Of a DNA stretch of 64,000 nt, positions 56,003 to 64,000 are shown one piece after another; the first letter of the stretch is position 1, and the number at the start of each line of letters is the position of its first letter. The DNA lies in the IMG/VR virus record IMGVR_UViG_2823817231_000001, positions 1-64,000 of that record; one strand, 5' to 3'. Under the pieces are notes generated by a model. The model saw nothing but the letters and a program-made list of their open reading frames with translations, ran no database searches and was not told the DNA's origin. A program made the position numbers and the translations under genes. Source of the stretch: a virus. Lineage: Duplodnaviria; Caudoviricetes.

Positions 56003-57675
56003 TGGATCAGGCCAAAGCCCAGACCCTGCGCCAGAGCCTGCAAACGCAGCTTGAGGGCATGAAATCCATTCGGACCGATTATGAGGGCGAATGGAACGAT
56101 ATTGCGCGCTTTGCCCAGCCTGCGCGCTCCCGCTTCCTGACCAATGCGCGGGACCGTGGCGGGCGGCGGCGCATCCGCAACAACCGCCTGCTTGACCCCA
56201 AGGGCATCGAGGCGTTCCGCACGCTGACCAACGGCATGACCTCCGGCCTGTCGAGCATTTCGCGGCCTTGGTTCCTGTTGACCATTGGCGACCCGGAATT
56301 GGCCCAGCATCCCGAAGTCAAGGCGTGGCTGGCTGAGGTCGAGAAGCGCCTCTACGACTTCCTCGCCTTCACGAACTTCTATGGCGCGCTCAAGGCGGGC
56401 TATGCCGAGTTGGGCCTGTTCGGGACTGAGGCCTGCGTGATGGTCGAGGATCGCCAATTCGGCGCGGTCTGCCATGCCATGACGGCGGGTGAATACTGGA
56501 TCGCCATCAGCGCCTCGCTCAAGCCTGACACGCTGTTCCGCTATTGCCCGATGGACGTTCGCCAGGCGGTGCAGACCTTCGGCGCCCGCGTGGCGCCATG
56601 GGTGCGCCAAGCCTACAACGCCTCGAACTATACCCAGCTTGTCGAATATTATCAGGCGATCCAGCCCAACCCGGACTATAACCCGGAGAAGCTGGGCTCC
56701 AAGCCCTATCGCTCGGTCTATTGGGATCAGGGCGACACCCGCGCCGATGGGCTGACGCGGGTTTCTGGCTATGACGAGCAGCCCTTTTGGGCGCCGCGCT
56801 GGGATGTGGTGGGCGGCGATACCTATGGCGTCTCGCCGGGCATGGACGCCCTGCCCGCGCTGCGCGAATTGCAGATGCAGACCAAGCGCCGGAACGAAGC
56901 CATCGACGGCATGGTCAAGCCGGAGAAGATCGCGCCGCCCTCGGTGCGCCTGACCGGAGAGCCGGGGCGCACGGTACGCGGCACCGGTATTACTGCCGAT
57001 CAGATCATCATCCCCTACCAGATACCCCATCAGGCGGTGCTGGCCATCGGCGGCGAGATCGACAAGCTCTATGTGCAGATCGACGCGCTTTCCTATGCCG
57101 ACCTGTTCAACGCCATCACCAACATGCAGGGCATCCAGCCGCGCAACATGGAGGAGATCGCCTCGCGCAATGAGGAAAAGCTGACCCAGCTTGGCCCGGT
57201 GATCGAGCGCGTTTCGGATGAGAAGCTGCAACCGGCCATCGACCGCGCCTTTGGCATCATGGATCGCGGCGGGATGCTGCCGCCTGTGCCGTCTGTTCTG
57301 GCCCAAATGGCGGGGATGCCGATCAAGGTCGAGTTTATCTCGATCCTCCACCAGATGCAGCGCATGATCGGCATTGGCCAGATGGAGCGCGTGGTGGGCT
57401 TCATCGGCAATCTGGCAGGGGCCGACCCGACCGCGCTCGACAAGCTCGATACGGACGCCACGATTGACGAATATGCCTATCGCGTGGGCGCGCCGGTCAA
57501 GATGCTGCGTTCGGACGAGGATGCGCAGAAGATCCGCCAGCAGCGCGCCCAGCAGCAGCAAGCCCAGATGGCGGCCATGGCGCCAGCGGCGCAGCAGGGC
57601 GCGCAGGCCGCGCGTCTGCTCTCCGAAACCGATGCCGGGGGCCAGTCGATGCTTGATCGGCTTATCCAGCCATGA
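56002..57675 (+). CDS. Podoviral portal (head-tail connector)
   Basis: RPWF, TNFYGAL, ELGLFGT, PRW...YGVSPG, EEKLTQLGPVIER. Confidence 0.92.
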   Translation: MDQAKAQTLRQSLQTQLEGMKSIRTDYEGEWNDIARFAQPARSRFLTNARDRGGRRRIRNNRLLDPKGIEAFRTLTNGMTSGLSSISRPWFLLTIGDPELAQHPEVKAWLAEVEKRLYDFLAFTNFYGALKAGYAELGLFGTEACVMVEDRQFGAVCHAMTAGEYWIAISASLKPDTLFRYCPMDVRQAVQTFGARVAPWVRQAYNASNYTQLVEYYQAIQPNPDYNPEKLGSKPYRSVYWDQGDTRADGLTRVSGYDEQPFWAPRWDVVGGDTYGVSPGMDALPALRELQMQTKRRNEAIDGMVKPEKIAPPSVRLTGEPGRTVRGTGITADQIIIPYQIPHQAVLAIGGEIDKLYVQIDALSYADLFNAITNMQGIQPRNMEEIASRNEEKLTQLGPVIERVSDEKLQPAIDRAFGIMDRGGMLPPVPSVLAQMAGMPIKVEFISILHQMQRMIGIGQMERVVGFIGNLAGADPTALDKLDTDATIDEYAYRVGAPVKMLRSDEDAQKIRQQRAQQQQAQMAAMAPAAQQGAQAARLLSETDAGGQSMLDRLIQP

Positions 57676-58028
57676 GCGGCTTTGACGGCGATGATGCCGA
57701 ATATCTCCTGAATCGCCCGGAGTTTCTGCGCTTCCTGTTCGCCGCGATTCAAGGCGCGGGCATCCTCGGCCAATACGCTCCTGCCAATGGGCAAATGGGG
57801 CGCGATCTCGGCCATTTCGAGGGGCGCCGAAGCCTGGGGTTTGAATTGCTCATGCTTGCCGATGCTGGACAGCCTGAGCCGCTGCGTTCGCCCGAAGCGC
57901 TGGCAACGCTCGATCTGATCCTGCGCGAAGCCCTGAACCCCAAGCCCAAACCCAAGGACAAGCAACGTGACCACCGAAAGCCCGACCCCAGCCTCGACCG
58001 ATACGCCGCCCTCGGCGGGGACGACTGA
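57672..58028 (+). CDS. Bbp19-like small protein
   Basis: LLNRPEFLRFL...FEGRRSLG; follows portal. Confidence 0.68.
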   Translation: MSGFDGDDAEYLLNRPEFLRFLFAAIQGAGILGQYAPANGQMGRDLGHFEGRRSLGFELLMLADAGQPEPLRSPEALATLDLILREALNPKPKPKDKQRDHRKPDPSLDRYAALGGDD

Positions 58029-58707
58029 TGCACCGCCCGCCGCCGCGCCGGAGGTTGCCCCTGTCGCGCCCGCAGCCAGTGAGGAAGGCGACCTTGAAAC
58101 CGTGCTGGGCGGTGCGGCGCCCGAAGCAGGCGGCGAAGGCAAGGTAGAGGGCGAAGGTGAGGCCAAGCCCGAAGGCGAGGAGGCCCCGCCCGCTGGTGCG
58201 CCGGAAGCCTATGAATTGTCGCTGGAAGGCGTGACGCTCGACACGGAACTGGTCGCAGCGGCGGAACCGATTTTCCGCGAACTGAACCTGACCAACGATC
58301 AGGCCAATGCCCTGTTGCCGCTGGCCCCGCAGATCATGGAAAAGGCGCAGGCGTCCGTGGTGCAGCACCTGATCGAACAGGGCGCGTCCCAGCGCAAGGG
58401 CTGGCATGACGCCTTCAAGGCTGATCCCGACATTGGCGGGGCCAAGATGGAAGAAAGCGCCCATCTGGCCGCCAAGGGGCTGGATGGGCTCGGCTTCAAG
58501 GCCACCGGCTTTGGCGAGGGCGGCAAAGACCCCCACCCCTTCCGCGCCGCGCTCAACGAAACCGGGTTTGGCAACCACCCCGATATGATCCGCGCCTTTC
58601 GCGCCATTGGCGAAATGATGGGCGAGGATGGCCTGTTCCCCCGCGAAGGCGCCGCGCCGCGCGAGAATATTCCCGCCCACAAGGCCCTCTACCCCAACGA
58701 AACCTGA
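57967..58707 (+). CDS. Capsid scaffolding protein
   Basis: Acidic Pro-rich N-terminus; TGFGNHPDMIRAF; LYP C-terminus. Confidence 0.75.
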   Translation: MTTESPTPASTDTPPSAGTTDAPPAAAPEVAPVAPAASEEGDLETVLGGAAPEAGGEGKVEGEGEAKPEGEEAPPAGAPEAYELSLEGVTLDTELVAAAEPIFRELNLTNDQANALLPLAPQIMEKAQASVVQHLIEQGASQRKGWHDAFKADPDIGGAKMEESAHLAAKGLDGLGFKATGFGEGGKDPHPFRAALNETGFGNHPDMIRAFRAIGEMMGEDGLFPREGAAPRENIPAHKALYPNET

Positions 58708-58721
58708 AAGGAGTGTGATCC

Positions 58722-59738
58722 ATGGCCATTCTCGGCTCCACCTATTGGAATTTGATCGATGCGTTGAAGGCGCAGGACCTGAACGCCGAGGCCGCCGTAG
58801 CCGAGGTGCTGCATCAGTTCACGCCCTTCCTCAAGGACGCGAATGTGCAGTCCTGCAACAAGGGGACCAAGCACGCGATTTCGATCCGTTCCGGCCTGCC
58901 TTCGGTTTCGTGGGGTGCGCTCTATCAGGGCATCGCCCAGAGCAAGGGCAACTATACGACCGTCGAGGAAACGACCGGCTTTGTCGAAGGCCTCTCGAGC
59001 GTCGATACGCGCCTGCTTGGCCTCTATCCGAACGAAACCGGCAAGCTGCGCCTGATGGAGGCGCAAGGCTTTATCGAAGCCATTGCGCAGGCCTTGAGTA
59101 GCGCGATCTGGTATTCGGACGTTCGCACCTCGCCCACGCAGTTCCACGGCATGGCCCCGCGCTATAACTCGCTGGCCAACAAGAACGTCATCAACGGCGG
59201 CGGTTCCGGTTCGGACAATATGTCGATCTGGTTTGTCACCCATGGCGACATGCAGACCTCGATGCTGACCCCGCAGAGCATTGCGGCCGGTCTGCGCCGT
59301 GAGGACAAGGGCGAGCAGCGCGTTCTCGACGGCAATGGCAACCCCTATTACGTTAAGGAAGAAATGTTCTGCCAGCACGCGGGCATTGGCGTGAAGGATT
59401 GGCGCTGGAATACGCGCATCGCCAATATCGACGTGTCCGATGTGGTGGCTGGCACGGTCGTCCTGAACCCGTTGCTGCGCAAGGCCTATCACAAGCTGCA
59501 AGGCACCCATGCCTATCAGATGGACAAGCCGGGCGTGGCAGCGCCGGGCCGCACGGTCATTTACATGAACCGCACGGCCTTTGAGGCGCTGGATGCGGAA
59601 AGCACCAATTCGCGCGCCACGGACAATTTCATTCGCCTGACGCCGATGGAGATCCAGGGCGAAGAAGTCCAGACGTGGCGCGGCATTCCGATCCGCCGCG
59701 ACGACACGCTGGTCGAAACCGAAACGCTTGTGGCATAA
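58722..59738 (+). CDS. Major capsid protein
   Basis: QFHGMAPRY, KDWRWNTRIANID, WRGIPIRRDD; synteny. Confidence 0.88.
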   Translation: MAILGSTYWNLIDALKAQDLNAEAAVAEVLHQFTPFLKDANVQSCNKGTKHAISIRSGLPSVSWGALYQGIAQSKGNYTTVEETTGFVEGLSSVDTRLLGLYPNETGKLRLMEAQGFIEAIAQALSSAIWYSDVRTSPTQFHGMAPRYNSLANKNVINGGGSGSDNMSIWFVTHGDMQTSMLTPQSIAAGLRREDKGEQRVLDGNGNPYYVKEEMFCQHAGIGVKDWRWNTRIANIDVSDVVAGTVVLNPLLRKAYHKLQGTHAYQMDKPGVAAPGRTVIYMNRTAFEALDAESTNSRATDNFIRLTPMEIQGEEVQTWRGIPIRRDDTLVETETLVA

Positions 59739-59750
59739 GGAGCAAAGGCC

Positions 59751-60194
59751 ATGATCTGGGATAACACCCTCATTTTCAGCACCAATCAGGCTGTTACTGC
59801 CGATGCTGCATCGACCAATGTTCTCGACCTTGGCAAGACGGGCGCGCCCTTTGGCGGCTCGGCCATTGTGCGCGATTTGGGCGTGGGCAACGAGGTGCCG
59901 ATTTCGGTTCTGGTGACGGAAACCTTCAACAACCTGACCTCGATGAACGTCAAGGTGGACCGTTCGCCGGACAATGCCACGTGGACGACCGTCTATCAGT
60001 CGGGCGAAGTGCCGCTGGCTAACCTTGTCGCGGGCTATCAGTTCAAGTGCCCGGCTGAACTCGATCTGGGTGTCAACGCGCGCTATGTGCGCCTGTATTA
60101 CGACATCACCGGCACCGCGCCGACCACCGGCAAGATCACGGCGGGCGTGGTGGCTGCGCGTCAGACCAACAGCGCCATGGGCGTGGCAATCTAA
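59751..60194 (+). CDS. Bbp16-like capsid cement protein
   Basis: MIWDNTLIFS..QAVT...STNVLDLG...RYVRLYY...GKITAG. Confidence 0.8.
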   Translation: MIWDNTLIFSTNQAVTADAASTNVLDLGKTGAPFGGSAIVRDLGVGNEVPISVLVTETFNNLTSMNVKVDRSPDNATWTTVYQSGEVPLANLVAGYQFKCPAELDLGVNARYVRLYYDITGTAPTTGKITAGVVAARQTNSAMGVAI

Positions 60195-60200
60195 GGAAGC

Positions 60201-60425
60201 ATGACGATGGCAACCTATCGCGCCAATGGCAGTCCGATCTATCTGTGCGACGAAGGCCGCATGGTGGCCGATGGTGATCTGTTCACCACCAAGGCCATCC
60301 CCGGCAAGTTCTGGGAACCGCAGGACGATGAGGCGCAGGCCGCCTGCAAAGCCCGGTTCCCCGAAAATTACACCGCCGACGAGGCTCCGGCTGACGAGGC
60401 AAAAACCGGCCGCAAGACTTCCTGA
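60201..60425 (+). CDS. Small hypothetical virion-region protein
   Basis: AAGGAAG RBS; before terminator. Confidence 0.6.
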   Translation: MTMATYRANGSPIYLCDEGRMVADGDLFTTKAIPGKFWEPQDDEAQAACKARFPENYTADEAPADEAKTGRKTS

Positions 60426-60434
60426 ACTTGGGGA

Positions 60435-60462
60435 GGGGCTGGGAGCAATCCCGGCCCCGTTT
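60435..60462 (+). terminator. Terminator after capsid genes
   Basis: GGGGCTGGGA-GCAA-TCCCGGCCCC-GTTTT. Confidence 0.7.
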
Positions 60463-60541
60463 TCTATGGTGCGTTGCGCGCCTTGAAAATACTTTTCCCA
60501 AATGTATTCTCAAAGAAAGTTGCGCACCAAAGGCTACAGCA

Positions 60542-60787
60542 ATGCCGAAATATGATCCGTTGCAGGAATTTCTTGAAAATTGCGGTTCGGATCGAATTTC
60601 ATTGAGCTTCGATCAAATAGGAAGAATGGTCGGCGGCCTGCCGCCCACTGCATACAAAAACGATGAATGGTGGGCCAACGAGGATGTGCGCACCACTCGA
60701 CATTCGCAGTGCAAATCCTGGCAAGGCGCAGGCTTCCGAGCTTCGGCACACCGCAATTCTAGGACAGTTGAATTCGTTCGGATATAA
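60542..60787 (+). CDS. Low-GC moron, small conserved domain (DUF7662-like)
   Basis: KYDPLQEFL...LSFDQI...LPPTAY...WWANE...SWQGAGF. Confidence 0.7.
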   Translation: MPKYDPLQEFLENCGSDRISLSFDQIGRMVGGLPPTAYKNDEWWANEDVRTTRHSQCKSWQGAGFRASAHRNSRTVEFVRI

Positions 60788-60862
60788 CATTCTGCAATAT
60801 GGCATTGAGTTTGCCCATTTACCTGCCTTCCATCGTTCTCTCGATTTTTCCGACTTAATGAG

Positions 60863-60896
60863 CCCGCGATTCAATCGCCGCTGAACTGAGCCTAGC
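60863..60896 (+). promoter_or_regulatory. Candidate late promoter CCCGCGATTCAA-N18-TAGC
   Basis: Second copy, upstream of tail genes. Confidence 0.6.
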
Positions 60897-60935
60897 AGGG
60901 GAACAACCCCCACCTCTGCTTAGGAGCCCGCCGCC

Positions 60936-61571
60936 TTGGCCTCTCTCATCACCCTCTGCAATGAGGCGCTGTCCACCATCGCGGCCGGGCAGATCTCCAT
61001 GATCGACGAGCCATCCATCGAGGCCCGCGAATGCAAGCGCTGGGCGCCGACCGTGTTGGCGGAAATGGCCGATTGGACATCGTGGTCCAGCGCCATCAAG
61101 CGGGCGCCGCTGGCCCGCACGCTCAATGATCGCGGCGCGGAATGGCTTTGCGCCTATGCAGCCCCTGCCGATATGGCCGATCCTGTTGCCCTGCGAGAGC
61201 CTGAGGCGGATGCAGAATGGTTGCCGCCCTATGGCCCCGGCACCTTTCCCGCGCAGGACGCCATGGCCATTCCCTTCATTTATGAGGGCGGCAAGATCTA
61301 TGCGAACATCGTCGGCGCGATCCTCGTTTACACCTCAAGCACTATGGACCCCGGCCTTATCCGCCCGCTGGTGCGCCGCGCCTTTGTGCTGGAACTGGCC
61401 GCGCGCCTTGCGCTGCCCATCAAGAAGGACGCGAAGCTGGCGCAGGCCATCAGCCAGCAAGCCGAGGTCGCGCGCAATCGCGCCATTGCCGACGAGGAAA
61501 ACAAGAACCCACGCCGCGATCCTGAATATGTCTCGCAAGCCGAATGGGCGCGCATGGGGGTCGGCCTGTGA
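60936..61571 (+). CDS. Tail tubular protein A-like (adaptor)
   Basis: ITLCNEALSTIAA..I..IDE.S.EA; AFVLELAARLA. Confidence 0.78.
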   Translation: MASLITLCNEALSTIAAGQISMIDEPSIEARECKRWAPTVLAEMADWTSWSSAIKRAPLARTLNDRGAEWLCAYAAPADMADPVALREPEADAEWLPPYGPGTFPAQDAMAIPFIYEGGKIYANIVGAILVYTSSTMDPGLIRPLVRRAFVLELAARLALPIKKDAKLAQAISQQAEVARNRAIADEENKNPRRDPEYVSQAEWARMGVGL

Positions 61572-63668
61572 GTTTCCGGGTTGGCCAGGTCAGTTTCAGC
61601 CGCGGCGAAATCGCGCCCCCACCTCTATGCCCGCTTTGATGTGGAGGCATGGCAGTCGGGCCTGAAAACCGTGCTCAATGTGTTCGTTCTGAAATATGGC
61701 GGCGTGTGCAAACGCCCCGGCACCCAGCTTGTGGCCGAGGTCATCGACGCCAGCGGCGACAATCGCCTGATGCCGTTCCAGTTCTCGCTGACGCAGGCCT
61801 ATGCGCTGGAATGGGGCAACCACTATGTTTCGCCCTGCGCCTTTGGCGGGCGCGTTCTGGATGGCACCACGCCCTATCAATGCCCCTCGCCCTATGCCGC
61901 CTCTGAACTGGCCGATCTGGATTATGAGCAAACCACCGATACGGTCTATCTGGCCCATATCGACCATGTGCCAAGCAAGCTGACCCGCAGCGGCAACACC
62001 GATTGGGCGGTGTCGGGGGTCAGTTTTGCGCCAACCATTTCAGCGCCGACCGGCCTGGGCGTTACCGCCTACATCCCCAATCAGGACCAAGGAAACAGCG
62101 GCGCGGCCTATTATCCTGTTCGCCAGACCTATGTCGTTACCGCCGTCAATGACGACACCGGCGAGGAAAGCCGGGCCAGCGCATCGATCGAGGTTCAGAA
62201 CGATCTGAGCCTCAAGCGCAATTACAACTATCTGACATGGACAGCGGTGGACGGGGCGAGCCGTTACAAAGTCTATAAGGCTGATGAAAGCCAGTGGTTT
62301 GGCTATATCGGTACGACCGAAAAGCTGTGGTTCACGGATAACAACATCGGGCCCGCGCTCGATGAGGCGCCCCCTCAGGCCTATAACCCCTTCCCCGGCG
62401 CGGGGGATTATCCCTCCTCGGTCACGCTGTTTGAGCAGCGCTCCGTCTGGGGTCGAACCGCCAATGTCCCGCATGGCATCTGGGGCTCACGCACCGGGCG
62501 CATGGAAAATATGGACCGGTCGCGCCCGCTACAGGCCGATGACTGCTTTTCGCTGGCCATCGCCGGGGGCAAGGTCAACGCCATCAATCATGTGGTGGCC
62601 ACTTCGGGCCTTGTGGCGCTGACCTCAGACGCGATCTGGTCGGTCGATGGGGATGGACAAGGCGGCGCGATCTCGGCGGCCTCTGCGCCCTCTGTGCGGC
62701 GCCAGAGCGGGCGCAGCGCCTCGCGCCTGAAACCGCTGCTGGTCGATAACGTGATTTTCTACACGCCTGCTGCCGGTTCAGCCGTCCGCACGATTGGCTA
62801 TGACTTCTCGATTGATGGGCTCAAGACCAATGACGTCTCAATCTTCTCGCCCCATTTCCTTGAACAACATCGCATCGTGTCATGGTGCCATGCTCAAGAG
62901 CCGCGCTCTCTGATCTGGGCCGCCCGCGAGGATGGTGCGCTGCTGTGCTTTGCATGGGAGCAGGAGCAGAACGTGTGGGGCTGGACCCTGTGCGAGACGG
63001 ACGGGCTTGTGAAGTCGGTCTGCTCGATCTTTGAGGATGGCGAGGACCGGGTTTATCTGATCGTCGAGCGCGTAATCGCTGGAGTGACGCGGCGCTTCGT
63101 CGAGCGCATGGCCTCGCATTGGTGGAGCGATGTGGCCGATACCTGCTTTGTCGATTGCGCCGTCTCGGCATCCTTCGATGAGCCTCGCCGCACCTTTACC
63201 GGCCTCGACCATCTGAACGGGCGAACCGATATTGCCGGGGTTGCCGATGGCTTTGTGGTGACGGGTCTGACCGTGACCGATGGCGCGGTGACGCTGCCCA
63301 CCTCCCTGCCCGCCTGCCGCAAGGCTTGCTTTGGCATCCCCTATCGCGTGGCCGTCGAAACCCTGCCCTATCGCGCCAATCTGCAAGGGATCGGCATGAA
63401 TGTGGGGCGGTCGCACAATGTCGGTGAGGCGGTGCTGATCCTGCGCAATTCGCGCCAGATCCTTGCCGGCATCGATGCGGATCATCTGTTCATGGTCAAA
63501 TCGCGCATGACCGAAGCCTATGCCCAGCCCGACGAGCTGATGAACGGCGAATATACCGTCAACATGGACAATAAGGTTTCGGACAATGCGGCCGTCAGGA
63601 TCGAGCAGACCGCCCCCCTGCCCTTCACGCTGCTGGGCGTGGCCTACGATCCGGTGATTAATGGCTAG
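61568..63668 (+). CDS. Tail tubular protein B-like (nozzle), with apparent frameshift at 61616-61620
   Basis: SFSRGEIAP/HLYARFD N-terminus split across frames; GGVCKRPGT, YPSSVTLFEQR, EQNVWGW. Confidence 0.8.
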
Positions 63669-64000
63669 GGCCGTCACCATCGTTCCGGCCCGCCATGCCC
63701 ATATCGGGGCCATTGTGCGGCACATGCGCGCCATCGATGCGCTGGAATGCCGCGCCTTTGGCCGGGAGCCCAAGACCGCGCTGCGCGTGGGACTGGCCAA
63801 CAGTGCAAAGGCGTGGACGGCGCTGGTCGATGGGCGCCCTGCGGCGATGTTCGGCGTGGTGGTCAATTCGGTGCTGACCGGCGATGCGGTGCCGTGGTTC
63901 CTCGGCACGGATGAGGTCTATCGCCATGGCCGGGAATTGCTGGCGTGGGGGCCGGGCCTGATCGAGCGCCTGTGCGATTCAACGCTGACCCTGCGCAATC
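63661..64000 (+). CDS. T7 gp13-like/GNAT-like protein, partial
   Basis: MARAVTIVPA...MRAIDALEC...AAMFGV...VPWFLGTD, runs off window. Confidence 0.6.
   Translation, partial: MARAVTIVPARHAHIGAIVRHMRAIDALECRAFGREPKTALRVGLANSAKAWTALVDGRPAAMFGVVVNSVLTGDAVPWFLGTDEVYRHGRELLAWGPGLIERLCDSTLTLRN

Overview
The window holds two unrelated prophages lying back to back, probably in an alphaproteobacterial (sphingomonad-like) chromosome. That host call is inferred from high GC, GTTC-N7-GTTC SOS boxes and a GapR-like domain. Prophage 1 (<1-40448) is a near-complete HK97-type siphovirus: leftward early operon, cI/cro switch, DnaG plus SF3 helicase and iteron origin, HNH-terminase-portal-Clp-capsid, long-tail genes, tail spike and lysis cassette. 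It ends at a 17-bp tRNA 3'-end fragment (attR). About 80 bp later a promoter and the 5' half of tRNA-Pro(TGG) mark attL of prophage 2 (40528->64000). Prophage 2 is a BPP-1/T7-tail-like temperate podovirus: integrase, xis, RecT/RecE, immunity region, replication, terminase, portal, capsid and tail tubular genes. Most notable observations: (1) inverted low-GC inserts in both early operons are spanned by stop-free 'bridge' ORFs coupled (ATGA) at both ends; (2) a LexA-boxed Cys-rich gene overlaps cI antisense, and both repressors lack an autocleavage domain; (3) a DnaG primase is fused to a charge-altered GapR-like domain; (4) a RelE-HTH-third gene cassette plus KTSC lies between the operators; (5) a DRYxxL C-terminal motif is shared by TerL, a 60-aa peptide and a portal-adjacent protein; (6) a repeated CCGCGATTCAA late motif. 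Family assignments are from motif recognition by eye, not database searches.
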